DNA from: a virus | Direction: 5' to 3' (one strand) | IMG/VR virus record: IMGVR_UViG_3300043540_000091 | Location: 1-64,000 of that record | DNA length: 64,000 bases | In this document: piece after piece, positions 27,690 to 36,139 of the stretch | Position numbering within the stretch: position 1 is the stretch's first letter | Layout of the letters: each line of letters begins with the position of its first letter | Notes under the pieces: model-generated | The model's input: only the letters and a program-made list of their open reading frames with translations | What the model was told of the DNA's origin: nothing | Databases searched by the model: none | Translations under genes and position numbers: made by a program

Positions 27690-29897
27690 TTATGACTCCC
27701 TGATAGTAACGAACGTCAACACTCCAGGAGGCGACACGACGTTGAATCGAACGCGCGTTCCAACAGTGTTTGGGATAGTTCCGAGAGGTAACCATGTCGT
27801 ACCTCCGTCCGTCGAGTAAGAGAACAGAGAGGCGTTCGTGACGGTGTCACCGCTGAACATCAAGCTGCCGCTCGCGTCGTATCCTCTGACGTATAGTCTA
27901 GGAACAGATGTGGCGTATGCAGCCGACAGATCGAAGGCGACGTAGCTCGGGTTGTCGGTTCCGGTAGTCGTGTTGTCATGGTCACCGGACCAGTTGTCGC
28001 TCAGCTCAGTCAACAGCTGGAGAGCCACGTTGATCTCGTTGATCTGAGCAGGGCTGTTTGCGAAGTGCGTCGCTACATATGGATTGATGCGGATCTGATA
28101 GTACTGCTGGATCGACAGGTTGTTGTCGAACGCTGTCTGAACCGTTGTCCATCCGCCGCTGGTCGTGTTGAAGATCGGATCGATATCGGTAGCTGCAGAT
28201 CGAATCTGGAACTGCACTGAGTCAGTCACGTTGAACAGCTGCTCAGCCGTCTGGATGAATCTCAGGACAGATCCGATCGACGGAGTAGACATCACCTTAC
28301 TGATGATGTACGAGTATCCGAAGTAAGCGTCTGATCTCAGATCCATCGCGATCACACCACGCTGACCGACAGTGCTGCCAGAGATGAACAACCATCCGTC
28401 TCTTGTGTCGATGTTCGTGACCGACGCGAGTGACGCTGGTACGCTCTGGATGGATGCGCCTTCCAGATACGCGTTGCCCAACCCGCCGAACGTGAGGCTG
28501 ATAGCACTGTTCTGAAGCGGCTTGACCACGAACGATGACGTGTTCGTGACGTAGATGAATCGATCCAGCACGCTCGAGTAGGCGATGTAAGTAGCCGTTG
28601 GAGCTACGATGTCTGCACCTGCGCCGGTAAGAGTCGCGGCGGTCAGAGATGGCCAGCCCGTCACGCCGCTCGTCAGCTCAGAGATCTTGCCCATGTACAA
28701 GTTGGTTGACGTACCAAGACAGAAGCAGTCCTGACCGTTGAGTGAAGAGTTCAGCGGAGCGCTTGTAGGAACACAATAATCGAAGGAGTTTGCTGACAAG
28801 ATTGTACCAGTCAGCGTAGGAGCGATGATACCGGTCTTGAAGCTGAACGTGTTACCACTGATACCGAACGCCCTCAGCATGCTGAAGCTTGAGTTTGAGG
28901 AAGTTGGTACGATCGCGGCACCTGTAGCTGTAGCAGCCAGGTTGAAGTACCACTGACCGCCGACCTGTTGCAGATCGCGTATGAAGTATACGTTGGAAGC
29001 TGCAGCTTGCGCAGTACCGTTAGCCCACGCATTGAAGTTCGTTGGGACCGCGCCGGTACCGGCCATGAGTACTACAGCCTCGAACAAGGCCGAAGTTGGA
29101 GTAGTTGACGAGTATCCGTTGTTGGAAGCTCCCATCGTGAAGTAAGCTACCGGCGACGTACCTGCGTACGCAGTAGTCTGAGCGTTCACGCCGTTGGTGA
29201 TAGCTCCGCTGGGAGCTGGGTTGGAAGCAAGATCCCACGCATAGTACGATAACGAAGAGGATGCACCGTTCTGTTGATATACCTTACTGTTGATCGATAC
29301 GTCCGAGCTTGTCCAAGGTAACGCGACACCATCAGACACTGTCGCGACATGGTTAAGACCAAGAGCTGAAGAGTCTTGAAGGAAGTACACGGCCTTCGCG
29401 CCAGTCAACGAAGATGGATAGATCGCGGTACCGCCAGCCGTGAAGTCCTCAGCCACGACTCCCCACGCTACGTACGTTCCACCGTTGATCACTACAGATC
29501 CCGTAGTAGATATCACGATCTGCCAGGTCGCGCCGCTATCGTTTACCTTGAATCCCTTGATTGTCTGAGTAGTAGAAGCGGCGTTGGCGAGTGATACAGA
29601 GATCTTTCCGACGTACGAGTATGTTCCCAAGATGTTGTCATAGTTGAACAGCGCGACGGTGACAGTACCTGATGCCGGAGCACCAAGGACGAACAGTCTG
29701 TTAGTGTTTGGATTGAGGTATGTTGCCGTAGGCACGATACCGGCCAGCGTCTGAGTATCGATGAACTGAGTCAACGGCGGTCCGAGTACGGCCTGACCGT
29801 TCAGCGACTTCGACGAAACGCGACCTGCTATGGTCGTTCTCGTCTTGTCGTACGTGTTGCCTACGCTAGATAGCAGACCTAAGTTATATGACTTCAT
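27690..29897 (-). CDS. virion structural / tail-fibre-associated beta-rich protein
   Basis: 735 aa, S/T/G/A-rich, in late operon. Confidence 0.65.
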   Translation of the reverse strand: MKSYNLGLLSSVGNTYDKTRTTIAGRVSSKSLNGQAVLGPPLTQFIDTQTLAGIVPTATYLNPNTNRLFVLGAPASGTVTVALFNYDNILGTYSYVGKISVSLANAASTTQTIKGFKVNDSGATWQIVISTTGSVVINGGTYVAWGVVAEDFTAGGTAIYPSSLTGAKAVYFLQDSSALGLNHVATVSDGVALPWTSSDVSINSKVYQQNGASSSLSYYAWDLASNPAPSGAITNGVNAQTTAYAGTSPVAYFTMGASNNGYSSTTPTSALFEAVVLMAGTGAVPTNFNAWANGTAQAAASNVYFIRDLQQVGGQWYFNLAATATGAAIVPTSSNSSFSMLRAFGISGNTFSFKTGIIAPTLTGTILSANSFDYCVPTSAPLNSSLNGQDCFCLGTSTNLYMGKISELTSGVTGWPSLTAATLTGAGADIVAPTATYIAYSSVLDRFIYVTNTSSFVVKPLQNSAISLTFGGLGNAYLEGASIQSVPASLASVTNIDTRDGWLFISGSTVGQRGVIAMDLRSDAYFGYSYIISKVMSTPSIGSVLRFIQTAEQLFNVTDSVQFQIRSAATDIDPIFNTTSGGWTTVQTAFDNNLSIQQYYQIRINPYVATHFANSPAQINEINVALQLLTELSDNWSGDHDNTTTGTDNPSYVAFDLSAAYATSVPRLYVRGYDASGSLMFSGDTVTNASLFSYSTDGGTTWLPLGTIPNTVGTRVRFNVVSPPGVLTFVTIRES

Positions 29898-29899
29898 GT

Positions 29900-30352
29900 T
29901 TATCCCCTATACGCTTCAGTTTCATCGGGAGCAGTGTTTAAGATCGCAGCTGCCCTATCAGCTGAGATCAAGTTCAATCCTATCAACTCGCTGACACCTG
30001 CGATCGTGTCAGATCTCTTAAGGTCAACGAACGTGGCGGCCTGGACGTTCTGCAGCAGGATGGCCGGAATGGATACTGGATTCTTCTCGACGTAGTCCAG
30101 TATCGCAAGTCGCTCAGGAACAGTAAAGCGGCGGAGCATGCCGAGCTTCGTGATCAACATAGATTGTGGTACGTTTCCCGCATGATCGAGTAGCTGCCTA
30201 CCGTCGAAGTACCATCCAATCATCGGCTGAGGAATCATTCCTGTCACGTCCACGACAGCGTCGAAGATCTTAGAGATGGACATGTACTGCTCGTCGGTGT
30301 CGACGGTGCACAAGCCTACAACGGAAGAGTTACGAACTAACGCGCAAAGCAT
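29900..30352 (-). CDS. tail fibre assembly-like protein
   Basis: PQPMIGWYFDG and ITKLGMLRRFTVPER...VDL...RAAAIL motifs seen in fibre-associated small proteins. Confidence 0.55.
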   Translation of the reverse strand: MLCALVRNSSVVGLCTVDTDEQYMSISKIFDAVVDVTGMIPQPMIGWYFDGRQLLDHAGNVPQSMLITKLGMLRRFTVPERLAILDYVEKNPVSIPAILLQNVQAATFVDLKRSDTIAGVSELIGLNLISADRAAAILNTAPDETEAYRG

Positions 30353-30359
30353 ATCGACC

Positions 30360-31079
30360 TCATGGAGTATAAATCCTTGTCACATTCTTGAAAGTGCCGT
30401 CTGGGTTATACTGGATGTCCTTCTCAAGCATCTGCCCATCATACACTCTCGTTACGACAACCTTGGTGAGCTGGCCGCTCAGGTTCCAGGTATAGTCCTT
30501 GTGAAACACATGGACGATCTTGGAGCTTGAGTCCCAGGTATCTGACGAGGCTATCGTACCATCTGGATTATACGTCGGTTCAGTATAGAAGCTCGGGTAG
30601 TTGATGTCCCACGCAAGTTCGAGACTGAGTGCGTCTGGGAACTCCAAGGTATCGAAGTCTGCCTTGGTGAATCCAACGGTGTCGATATAGATCACGCCCT
30701 GAGTAGCATCCTGCTTGAGCACCGTGGCGCATGGCATGCCAGACGGAGCGGCTGACAGGTTACCGGCGTTGTCGGAGAATAGCTTGGTTCCTATCGGCCA
30801 TGCGCTGGTGTTCAGAGGGACGGTAGCCGTGCCGATCATGAAACCTAAGGCCGTGATGTAGCCAGTGTTCTGCCCAGAGGCAGACTGGATCACGCTGGAC
30901 GTAACGCCACGGATGACCTGCGTTACGCTCGTATGGAGCTGGGCTGCTGGATATCCGAGAGGTCCGATGCCCGTGAAGGTGACGACCTTGAACGCGGCTA
31001 TCGGCGTACCGGCGTCGTTCTCGACCAGCTCGTTACTTGGCGCATGTAGGTCGCTGCCGCGAAGAGACTTGTGTAGCAT
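30360..31079 (-). CDS. putative virion structural protein
   Basis: 239 aa in late operon, beta-rich. Confidence 0.6.
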   Translation of the reverse strand: MLHKSLRGSDLHAPSNELVENDAGTPIAAFKVVTFTGIGPLGYPAAQLHTSVTQVIRGVTSSVIQSASGQNTGYITALGFMIGTATVPLNTSAWPIGTKLFSDNAGNLSAAPSGMPCATVLKQDATQGVIYIDTVGFTKADFDTLEFPDALSLELAWDINYPSFYTEPTYNPDGTIASSDTWDSSSKIVHVFHKDYTWNLSGQLTKVVVTRVYDGQMLEKDIQYNPDGTFKNVTRIYTP

Positions 31080-31297
31080 TATGTTACCACCACGTTACCG
31101 TTCTCGTCAGTTACGACGAGAGGGCCGAGATCAACGTACTGCCCAGTGACCGGATCGATAAGCTTGAGAGCGTTGCCAGCCTGGTTCTTGTCATGAGTGA
31201 CGATACGGTTCGGGTTGAACACGCGCACCATATCCAACTTCTTGGTGATCGGGTTCAGTACCAGTTCTTCTCTGTCACGTTCTTTCTTGTCAGCCAT
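31079..31297 (-). CDS. small hypothetical protein
   Basis: start reassigned to MADKKERDREELVLNPITKKLD, 1 nt after the upstream stop. Confidence 0.6.
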   Translation of the reverse strand: MADKKERDREELVLNPITKKLDMVRVFNPNRIVTHDKNQAGNALKLIDPVTGQYVDLGPLVVTDENGNVVVT

Positions 31298-31298
31298 A

Positions 31299-31889
31299 TT
31301 ATACCAATACCGTCGTCTTGTACTCGACGGCGCTTCCGTTATTATTGTATATGATGTCCACGTAGTACTGCTCGACGTTGGCAAGCATGAAGTGGTACCT
31401 GAGCGGCTTGTCGTCGGCGTCGCGGTCAATGATGATGTCGTCCGAGTCCGGCAGCTTGTCGGCGTCCACCTGGAGGCGGTTGTTCCCTTGAGTGTCGATC
31501 GAGGTGTCGATCGGATTGCCGTATCTTCCGACCAAGAGATTGCGAAGGGCGACGGCTGGCTCTTCCTCGTACACCGCGCGGAGGACGATGTTCGAGTCGA
31601 ACTTGTTGCGTTCCTGCTCGGACATGGTCAGCATGCCGCCGTTGAACTGAACGGGGTTCATGAACGACAACATGCCGCTGTCGGCTGATCCTACCTGAAT
31701 CTGGGTATCGCTGAGGACTCTCTTGATCTCGAAGTCTTGAGATTGCTGGCCGGTTTTACTGAGCGTGACTATCTGCTTCGTGTGAAGTCCTGCCGTACTG
31801 GATACAGTTACGACATGATTCGCCACTGATATGGGCGTAAGAATAACTGTAGGCCACTTCCTCTCGAAAGTGGACGGAGTGTTAGCCAT
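31299..31889 (-). CDS. putative virion structural protein
   Basis: 196 aa, first gene after the late promoter at 31962. Confidence 0.6.
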   Translation of the reverse strand: MANTPSTFERKWPTVILTPISVANHVVTVSSTAGLHTKQIVTLSKTGQQSQDFEIKRVLSDTQIQVGSADSGMLSFMNPVQFNGGMLTMSEQERNKFDSNIVLRAVYEEEPAVALRNLLVGRYGNPIDTSIDTQGNNRLQVDADKLPDSDDIIIDRDADDKPLRYHFMLANVEQYYVDIIYNNNGSAVEYKTTVLV

Positions 31890-31961
31890 CTTTTCAAATC
31901 CTCAGTCTTTTCAAACTGTTACAACCCACGTTGCATGCTAAGGCCGATCCTCAGCATATAG

Positions 31962-31970
31962 AAGATTAGG
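31962..31970 (-). promoter_or_regulatory. putative late promoter CCTAATCTT
   Basis: intergenic motif copy heading the 31889-26098 operon. Confidence 0.7.
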
Positions 31971-32010
31971 TTTGGCAAGGTCTCGAAATGAGTCATGTTC
32001 ACAGAAAAGT

Positions 32011-32039
32011 TTGACCGGAGGAATAGGTCGTGCGATACT
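32011..32039 (+). promoter_or_regulatory. sigma70-like early promoter
   Basis: TTGACC-17 nt-GATACT with TG extension. Confidence 0.6.
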
Positions 32040-32064
32040 AGACCAAGGTAATAAGGAGAAAAGA

Positions 32065-32352
32065 ATGAAGAACAAGAACATCACAAACGCTGCCTTGCAA
32101 CGGTTCATCGAGCTGAAGGCCGAGATCAAACGTCTCGAGTCTGAGGTTGATGCCATCAAGAAGGACCTCGTTGCGACTGGTCCGTTTGAAACGGATCGCT
32201 TCGTGGTGGACATCAAGTCCGTTACAAAGCATCTGACGATCGATGCGGATACGCTCTGCACGATCTTAGATCCTGCGTTCGTAGCACAGAACAACCTGAT
32301 CAAGCAGATCTCGTATCCGCTGGTCCAGGTTCAGCCTAAGAAGGCTGCTTGA
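32065..32352 (+). CDS. hypothetical protein (N-terminal coiled coil)
   Basis: AAGGAG RBS, ATG at 32065. Confidence 0.7.
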   Translation: MKNKNITNAALQRFIELKAEIKRLESEVDAIKKDLVATGPFETDRFVVDIKSVTKHLTIDADTLCTILDPAFVAQNNLIKQISYPLVQVQPKKAA

Positions 32353-32362
32353 TACCGAATTA

Positions 32363-32449
32363 GGGAGTTACTGACGTCGTCAGCGGCGGTCCAGGACGGA
32401 CTGCTAGTCCGAGATTAGACTCGGAGCCGGTGTAAGTCCGGACCTCCCA
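32363..32449 (+). ncRNA. atypical tRNA-like RNA (Ser-GCT-like anticodon loop)
   Basis: GGGAGTT/ACCTCCC acceptor, CGGA-CTGCTAG-TCCG arm, GAG-attaga-CTC variable arm, CCGG-TGTAAGT-CCGG T-like arm; D region non-canonical. Confidence 0.45.
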
Positions 32450-32468
32450 GCTTTTATAGGAGGATACC

Positions 32469-32804
32469 GTGAGAGAACAGACGAAGGACTACACTTTCCT
32501 CGAGGAGGTTACCACGGGCGTGGTAACTATTACACACCTCCCTGGAGGATTCGGGCAGAACAGCCAGAAGCTGGCTGAGCCGATCGAGATCATCAAGACG
32601 GAGATCGTCGACGTCGGGAACGGACTTGATCGCCCGTTCAAGAGCTCGGGCTTGGCCGCCGAGATAATGCCTCAGCGCGTTCGCACGTGCCGGAGCTGCG
32701 GCAAGACGCTGACGCCGGACCGTCACTTGAACTGCAAGAAATGCCTTCCCAAGCTTCCAGATGAACTGGACGGCCTCGAATACTGCGGAGTCTCAGGTGA
32801 GTAA
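32469..32804 (+). CDS. hypothetical protein with CxxC...CxxC zinc ribbon
   Basis: AGGAGG RBS; CRSC...CKKC. Confidence 0.7.
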   Translation: MREQTKDYTFLEEVTTGVVTITHLPGGFGQNSQKLAEPIEIIKTEIVDVGNGLDRPFKSSGLAAEIMPQRVRTCRSCGKTLTPDRHLNCKKCLPKLPDELDGLEYCGVSGE

Positions 32805-33027
32805 AAAGATATTGATCGACCATCAGGCGCTCAAAAAGATCCAGGACATGGCAATCATCGAGTTCCACAACACTCGGCATACGCCGGAGGACTCGCGCGA
32901 GACGCAGATCTTCCTCATCCTGAAGGGGTTCCATGCCTTCCTCGTGTCGCAGGGCATCGATCCTCAGTTCACCGTCAAACCGGCAAAGGACGAGCCAGGA
33001 GACTGCACTCCGCTCGATGACCTATGA
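32797..33027 (+). CDS. hypothetical protein
   Basis: GTG start overlapping the upstream gene; ATGA overlap downstream. Confidence 0.6.
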   Translation: MSKKILIDHQALKKIQDMAIIEFHNTRHTPEDSRETQIFLILKGFHAFLVSQGIDPQFTVKPAKDEPGDCTPLDDL

Positions 33028-33572
33028 AGGTCCTGTTCATCGGCTGCAATCCTTCGCTCAAGAACATCGATCCGAAGGTGCCTTTCGAGGGCACTCGCTC
33101 GGGCAAGGCGCTCGACGGATGGATCGCCAAACTTGGCCTTTCCAAGGACCAGGTGAGCTTCATGAACCTGACCAAGTATGCCACTCAGAATCAGGCCAAA
33201 CTGAAGAAGTCTGACGTCAACTTGGACCAGTTCAGGTTTGAGCTTGGCCTTAAGCTCATCGCCGCAGAACATGGTGAGGATCGCGCACTCAGCATGATCA
33301 TCTCGATGTACCAGTCTCAAGGCAAGCTAGATCTGCAGGCGCTCGGTCCGAATCCTCCAGAGCAGGTAGAGGCGGACCTTGCCGCCATCTCCTCGACTCC
33401 GCTGCCAAAAGTCGTCGTTCTTGGAGAGATGGCTTCCTGGGGTTTGTCCAAGGTCGGTGGGAGCCTCCCGCACTTCAAGCTTCCTCATCCGTCTGGACTC
33501 AACCATAAGCTCAACGATACCGGAGCTTTAGAGAACACACTTGCGAACTGTAAAGATTGGCTGTATAGTTGA
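33024..33572 (+). CDS. uracil-DNA glycosylase-superfamily protein
   Basis: VLFIGCNPS...PFEGTRSG and VVVLG...LPHPSGLN motifs. Confidence 0.75.
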   Translation: MKVLFIGCNPSLKNIDPKVPFEGTRSGKALDGWIAKLGLSKDQVSFMNLTKYATQNQAKLKKSDVNLDQFRFELGLKLIAAEHGEDRALSMIISMYQSQGKLDLQALGPNPPEQVEADLAAISSTPLPKVVVLGEMASWGLSKVGGSLPHFKLPHPSGLNHKLNDTGALENTLANCKDWLYS

Positions 33573-33604
33573 CCAAAATGGTTAGTTTATCGTGGAGGTA
33601 AGGT

Positions 33605-34045
33605 ATGAGAGAAGTCCCGATCAGTCGATATCTGAACATGAACTTGGTCGACCTCCTGCGCAAGCTTGATGCGGTCGGAGAAACCAGCACCTACGCAACT
33701 AGAGTGTACCTCTCGCACGAGGACGCTGCCGTCCTGCGCCGCAACAACCGCCGCAAGATACGCTCTCAGATGAAGTATGCCTCCAAGAAGGCCGTAGACC
33801 ACGCGATCGGCATGGACTGGCTCAACCATGGTCCCAATACGTCCCTTGGCAAGTCGATACGCCCAGGATGGGCGCTCGTCGACGATGACGGTATCCGCAC
33901 AGACAAGTTCGTGGAACGAGTACGTAAGGCCATCGAAGAGAAGCTTGAGGAACCACAGCCGCCGACGTTGAAGGAACGACTGCTCGCATTCTTCGAGAAG
34001 CACTTCATCTTCAGAGGACCACATGAAACTGCCGGAGAGGGTTAG
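33605..34045 (+). CDS. hypothetical protein
   Basis: GGAGG RBS, 146 aa. Confidence 0.65.
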   Translation: MREVPISRYLNMNLVDLLRKLDAVGETSTYATRVYLSHEDAAVLRRNNRRKIRSQMKYASKKAVDHAIGMDWLNHGPNTSLGKSIRPGWALVDDDGIRTDKFVERVRKAIEEKLEEPQPPTLKERLLAFFEKHFIFRGPHETAGEG

Positions 34046-34355
34046 GATAGCGGTAGACGTGCTACATCATCTCAAGACCGCTACCGGTGGACAGCCGCAG
34101 AAGGTCAGAGATCTGGCCGTCATCGTTGATACTTCTGAGAACTTCCTGCATCAAGTTGTCGCCAAGCTTGGCGCTGCCAAGAAGATATCTGTCATCAAAG
34201 GTCCCAAGGGCGGCGTTGCACCGGCATTGTCAGACGTGAACCTACTTCAGGTATATCAAGTGTTTGGGTACATGAACGAGGAGATCGCTGGAAGCATGCC
34301 GAGTTCTGACATCGAGAGGAAGCTCCGGTCTGTGCTTGAAAACATTGTTCTGTGA
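34023..34355 (+). CDS. Rrf2-family winged-helix transcription regulator
   Basis: SENFLHQVVAKL...VIKGPKGG...VNLLQVY; no Fe-S cysteines. Confidence 0.8.
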   Translation: MKLPERVRIAVDVLHHLKTATGGQPQKVRDLAVIVDTSENFLHQVVAKLGAAKKISVIKGPKGGVAPALSDVNLLQVYQVFGYMNEEIAGSMPSSDIERKLRSVLENIVL

Positions 34356-34398
34356 TGCTAGACTTAGGTTATAAATCAAGCTTCAAAGGAGAGGTTAC

Positions 34399-35058
34399 AT
34401 GAAGAAGATCTTGGCAATCGTACTGACGCTCACGCTGGCAGGGTGTCCTGGCCGCAAGGAGACGGTGACGATCTATGACGGCACGAACGGTGCTCCTGGC
34501 GCTGACGGAACGAATGGAAACGATGGAGCCTCGTGCTCGGCGACTCAACTGCCCGAAGGCGTGCGTATCACATGCGGCAGTAGCGTTGCCTACGTGTATA
34601 ACGGCACGAACGGCACGAACGGGACCAACGGAACGAACGGCACGTCGTGCAGCATCTCGAACGCCAACGGCGGAGCGATGATCACATGCGGCGGTACCAG
34701 CCAGATGATCTACGACGGAAGAGACGGAGCGGTCGGTCCTGCCGGTCCCGCCGGACCGCAAGGCCAGCCAGGTCAGAATGCTCTCGCGAACGCGATCGGT
34801 ATCGAGGGATACATCTATCTGTGCGGAATCAACTTCAGTAACGACGAGATCTTCCTGCGACTCACGGACGGAAAGATCCTTGCACTGTACGACGGTGGAG
34901 CTAACCAGGACCGTCTCGTACTTCTTGCGCCTGGTAACTACATCACGACCGACGACAATAACCAGAACCAAGCATGCCACTTCTCCGTGTCGAGCGACGC
35001 ACGACCGAAGGTCACGAGCGCATCGGGATGGCCTGCTTCCACAGGATTGGTGCAGTAA
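34399..35058 (+). CDS. lipoprotein with collagen-like G-X-Y repeats
   Basis: lipobox LTLAG-C; GTNGTNG and GPAGPAGPQGQPG repeats alternating with SC...ITCG units. Confidence 0.8.
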   Translation: MKKILAIVLTLTLAGCPGRKETVTIYDGTNGAPGADGTNGNDGASCSATQLPEGVRITCGSSVAYVYNGTNGTNGTNGTNGTSCSISNANGGAMITCGGTSQMIYDGRDGAVGPAGPAGPQGQPGQNALANAIGIEGYIYLCGINFSNDEIFLRLTDGKILALYDGGANQDRLVLLAPGNYITTDDNNQNQACHFSVSSDARPKVTSASGWPASTGLVQ

Positions 35059-35579
35059 TGAAAACACTCATCGCCATCATCATGATCCTACTACCCGCAT
35101 ACTCGTTCGGATCTGAGTCTTGCCAAACTCAACCTGGCGAGGAAGTCGTTCAAGAGAAGATGGTCATCGACACCAAGGTTCCAGAGAACCTGAAGGGAGC
35201 TACGATCATCGTTCGTACGGCTGACGGCAAAGAAGAAGCCATGCCGGTCGAGAAGTTCAAGGTCGTACCTCGCAAGCAGCAGTATGTCGTGACCAAGGTC
35301 AAGCAACAGGTCTTCACGACGTGCAACGAGGCTCCCAAGGTTGAGACCGTGGTCGTTACCAAGGTCAAGACCTACAAGAATCGGATCAGCCTTCTGGCAG
35401 GTGAAGGTCCTAACAAGAACGTGGACATAACCCGCTCAGGAAGCTCGGTCACGATGGAGTCGAAGTCCGGCGCGGACGGCGGGATTCAGTATCAGAGATC
35501 CCTCACCGAGCGCCTGAACGTAGGCGTGCAGCTTCAGACCAACGAGACTGGCCTTCTCAGTGTAGGCCTGGACTTCTAG
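35058..35579 (+). CDS. secreted protein with C-terminal outer-membrane beta-strands
   Basis: Sec signal MKTLIAIIMILLPAYSFG; alternating strands ending LSVGLDF. Confidence 0.65.
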   Translation: MKTLIAIIMILLPAYSFGSESCQTQPGEEVVQEKMVIDTKVPENLKGATIIVRTADGKEEAMPVEKFKVVPRKQQYVVTKVKQQVFTTCNEAPKVETVVVTKVKTYKNRISLLAGEGPNKNVDITRSGSSVTMESKSGADGGIQYQRSLTERLNVGVQLQTNETGLLSVGLDF

Positions 35580-35589
35580 TCTATAAAGC

Positions 35590-35625
35590 AGAAGGGCCGG
35601 TCACCATACGGCAACCAGCCCTTCT
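35590..35625. terminator. probable bidirectional intrinsic terminator
   Basis: AGAAGGGC...GCCCTTCT hairpin between convergent genes. Confidence 0.65.
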
Positions 35626-35650
35626 TCGATCATTCTATTATTATAAGGTA

Positions 35651-36127
35651 TTAGGTGCCATCGTCCAAGTTGGCGGAGCTTCCACCCTCGTCGTCTCCGC
35701 CATCGCGTATGCCGAACTCGTCCTCACCACGGATGCCGATGATGTCAATGCGGATGTCCGAGACGCCGCGAGCAGCGACGCCTGACGACCAGCCCTGAAC
35801 GCGACAGCCGACTGCGGTGAAGATGGTCTTGTTCGTCTGACGATCCAAGATCGCAATCGAGAAGTCTTCTTCAGACAGTAGGTTCTTCAACAGCGTAGCA
35901 TTGGCGACCTTGTAAGGACCAGCGTCAACGACACGGTATCCGGTCAGAGACAACTGCACCGGTTCCTGAGTCGTTGGGATGATCTCTGCGGGGTTGTAGC
36001 GCCCAAGGATGAACGCCGGGTCTTTACCCTGACGAATGGACCAAGTACATTGGCTGAACAAACCGACGGGGTTCCCGTTCACCAGAACCTTCGCTCGCGC
36101 ACCTGTTAAGATCTTTGCCTTTGCCAT
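35651..36127 (-). CDS. tail tube protein
   Basis: immediately downstream of the sheath; ILTGARAKVLVNG...LGRYNPAEI pattern. Confidence 0.85.
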   Translation of the reverse strand: MAKAKILTGARAKVLVNGNPVGLFSQCTWSIRQGKDPAFILGRYNPAEIIPTTQEPVQLSLTGYRVVDAGPYKVANATLLKNLLSEEDFSIAILDRQTNKTIFTAVGCRVQGWSSGVAARGVSDIRIDIIGIRGEDEFGIRDGGDDEGGSSANLDDGT

Positions 36128-36139
36128 TTCAGTCTCCCA

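Noticed and set aside
34480-34780. Short GGCACGAAC-type repeats as a regulatory array
   Set aside because: They encode collagen-like GTN/GPA triplets of the lipoprotein
34399-35579. Spanin pair
   Set aside because: Not near the holin-like genes, no late motif, and no inner-membrane coiled-coil partner
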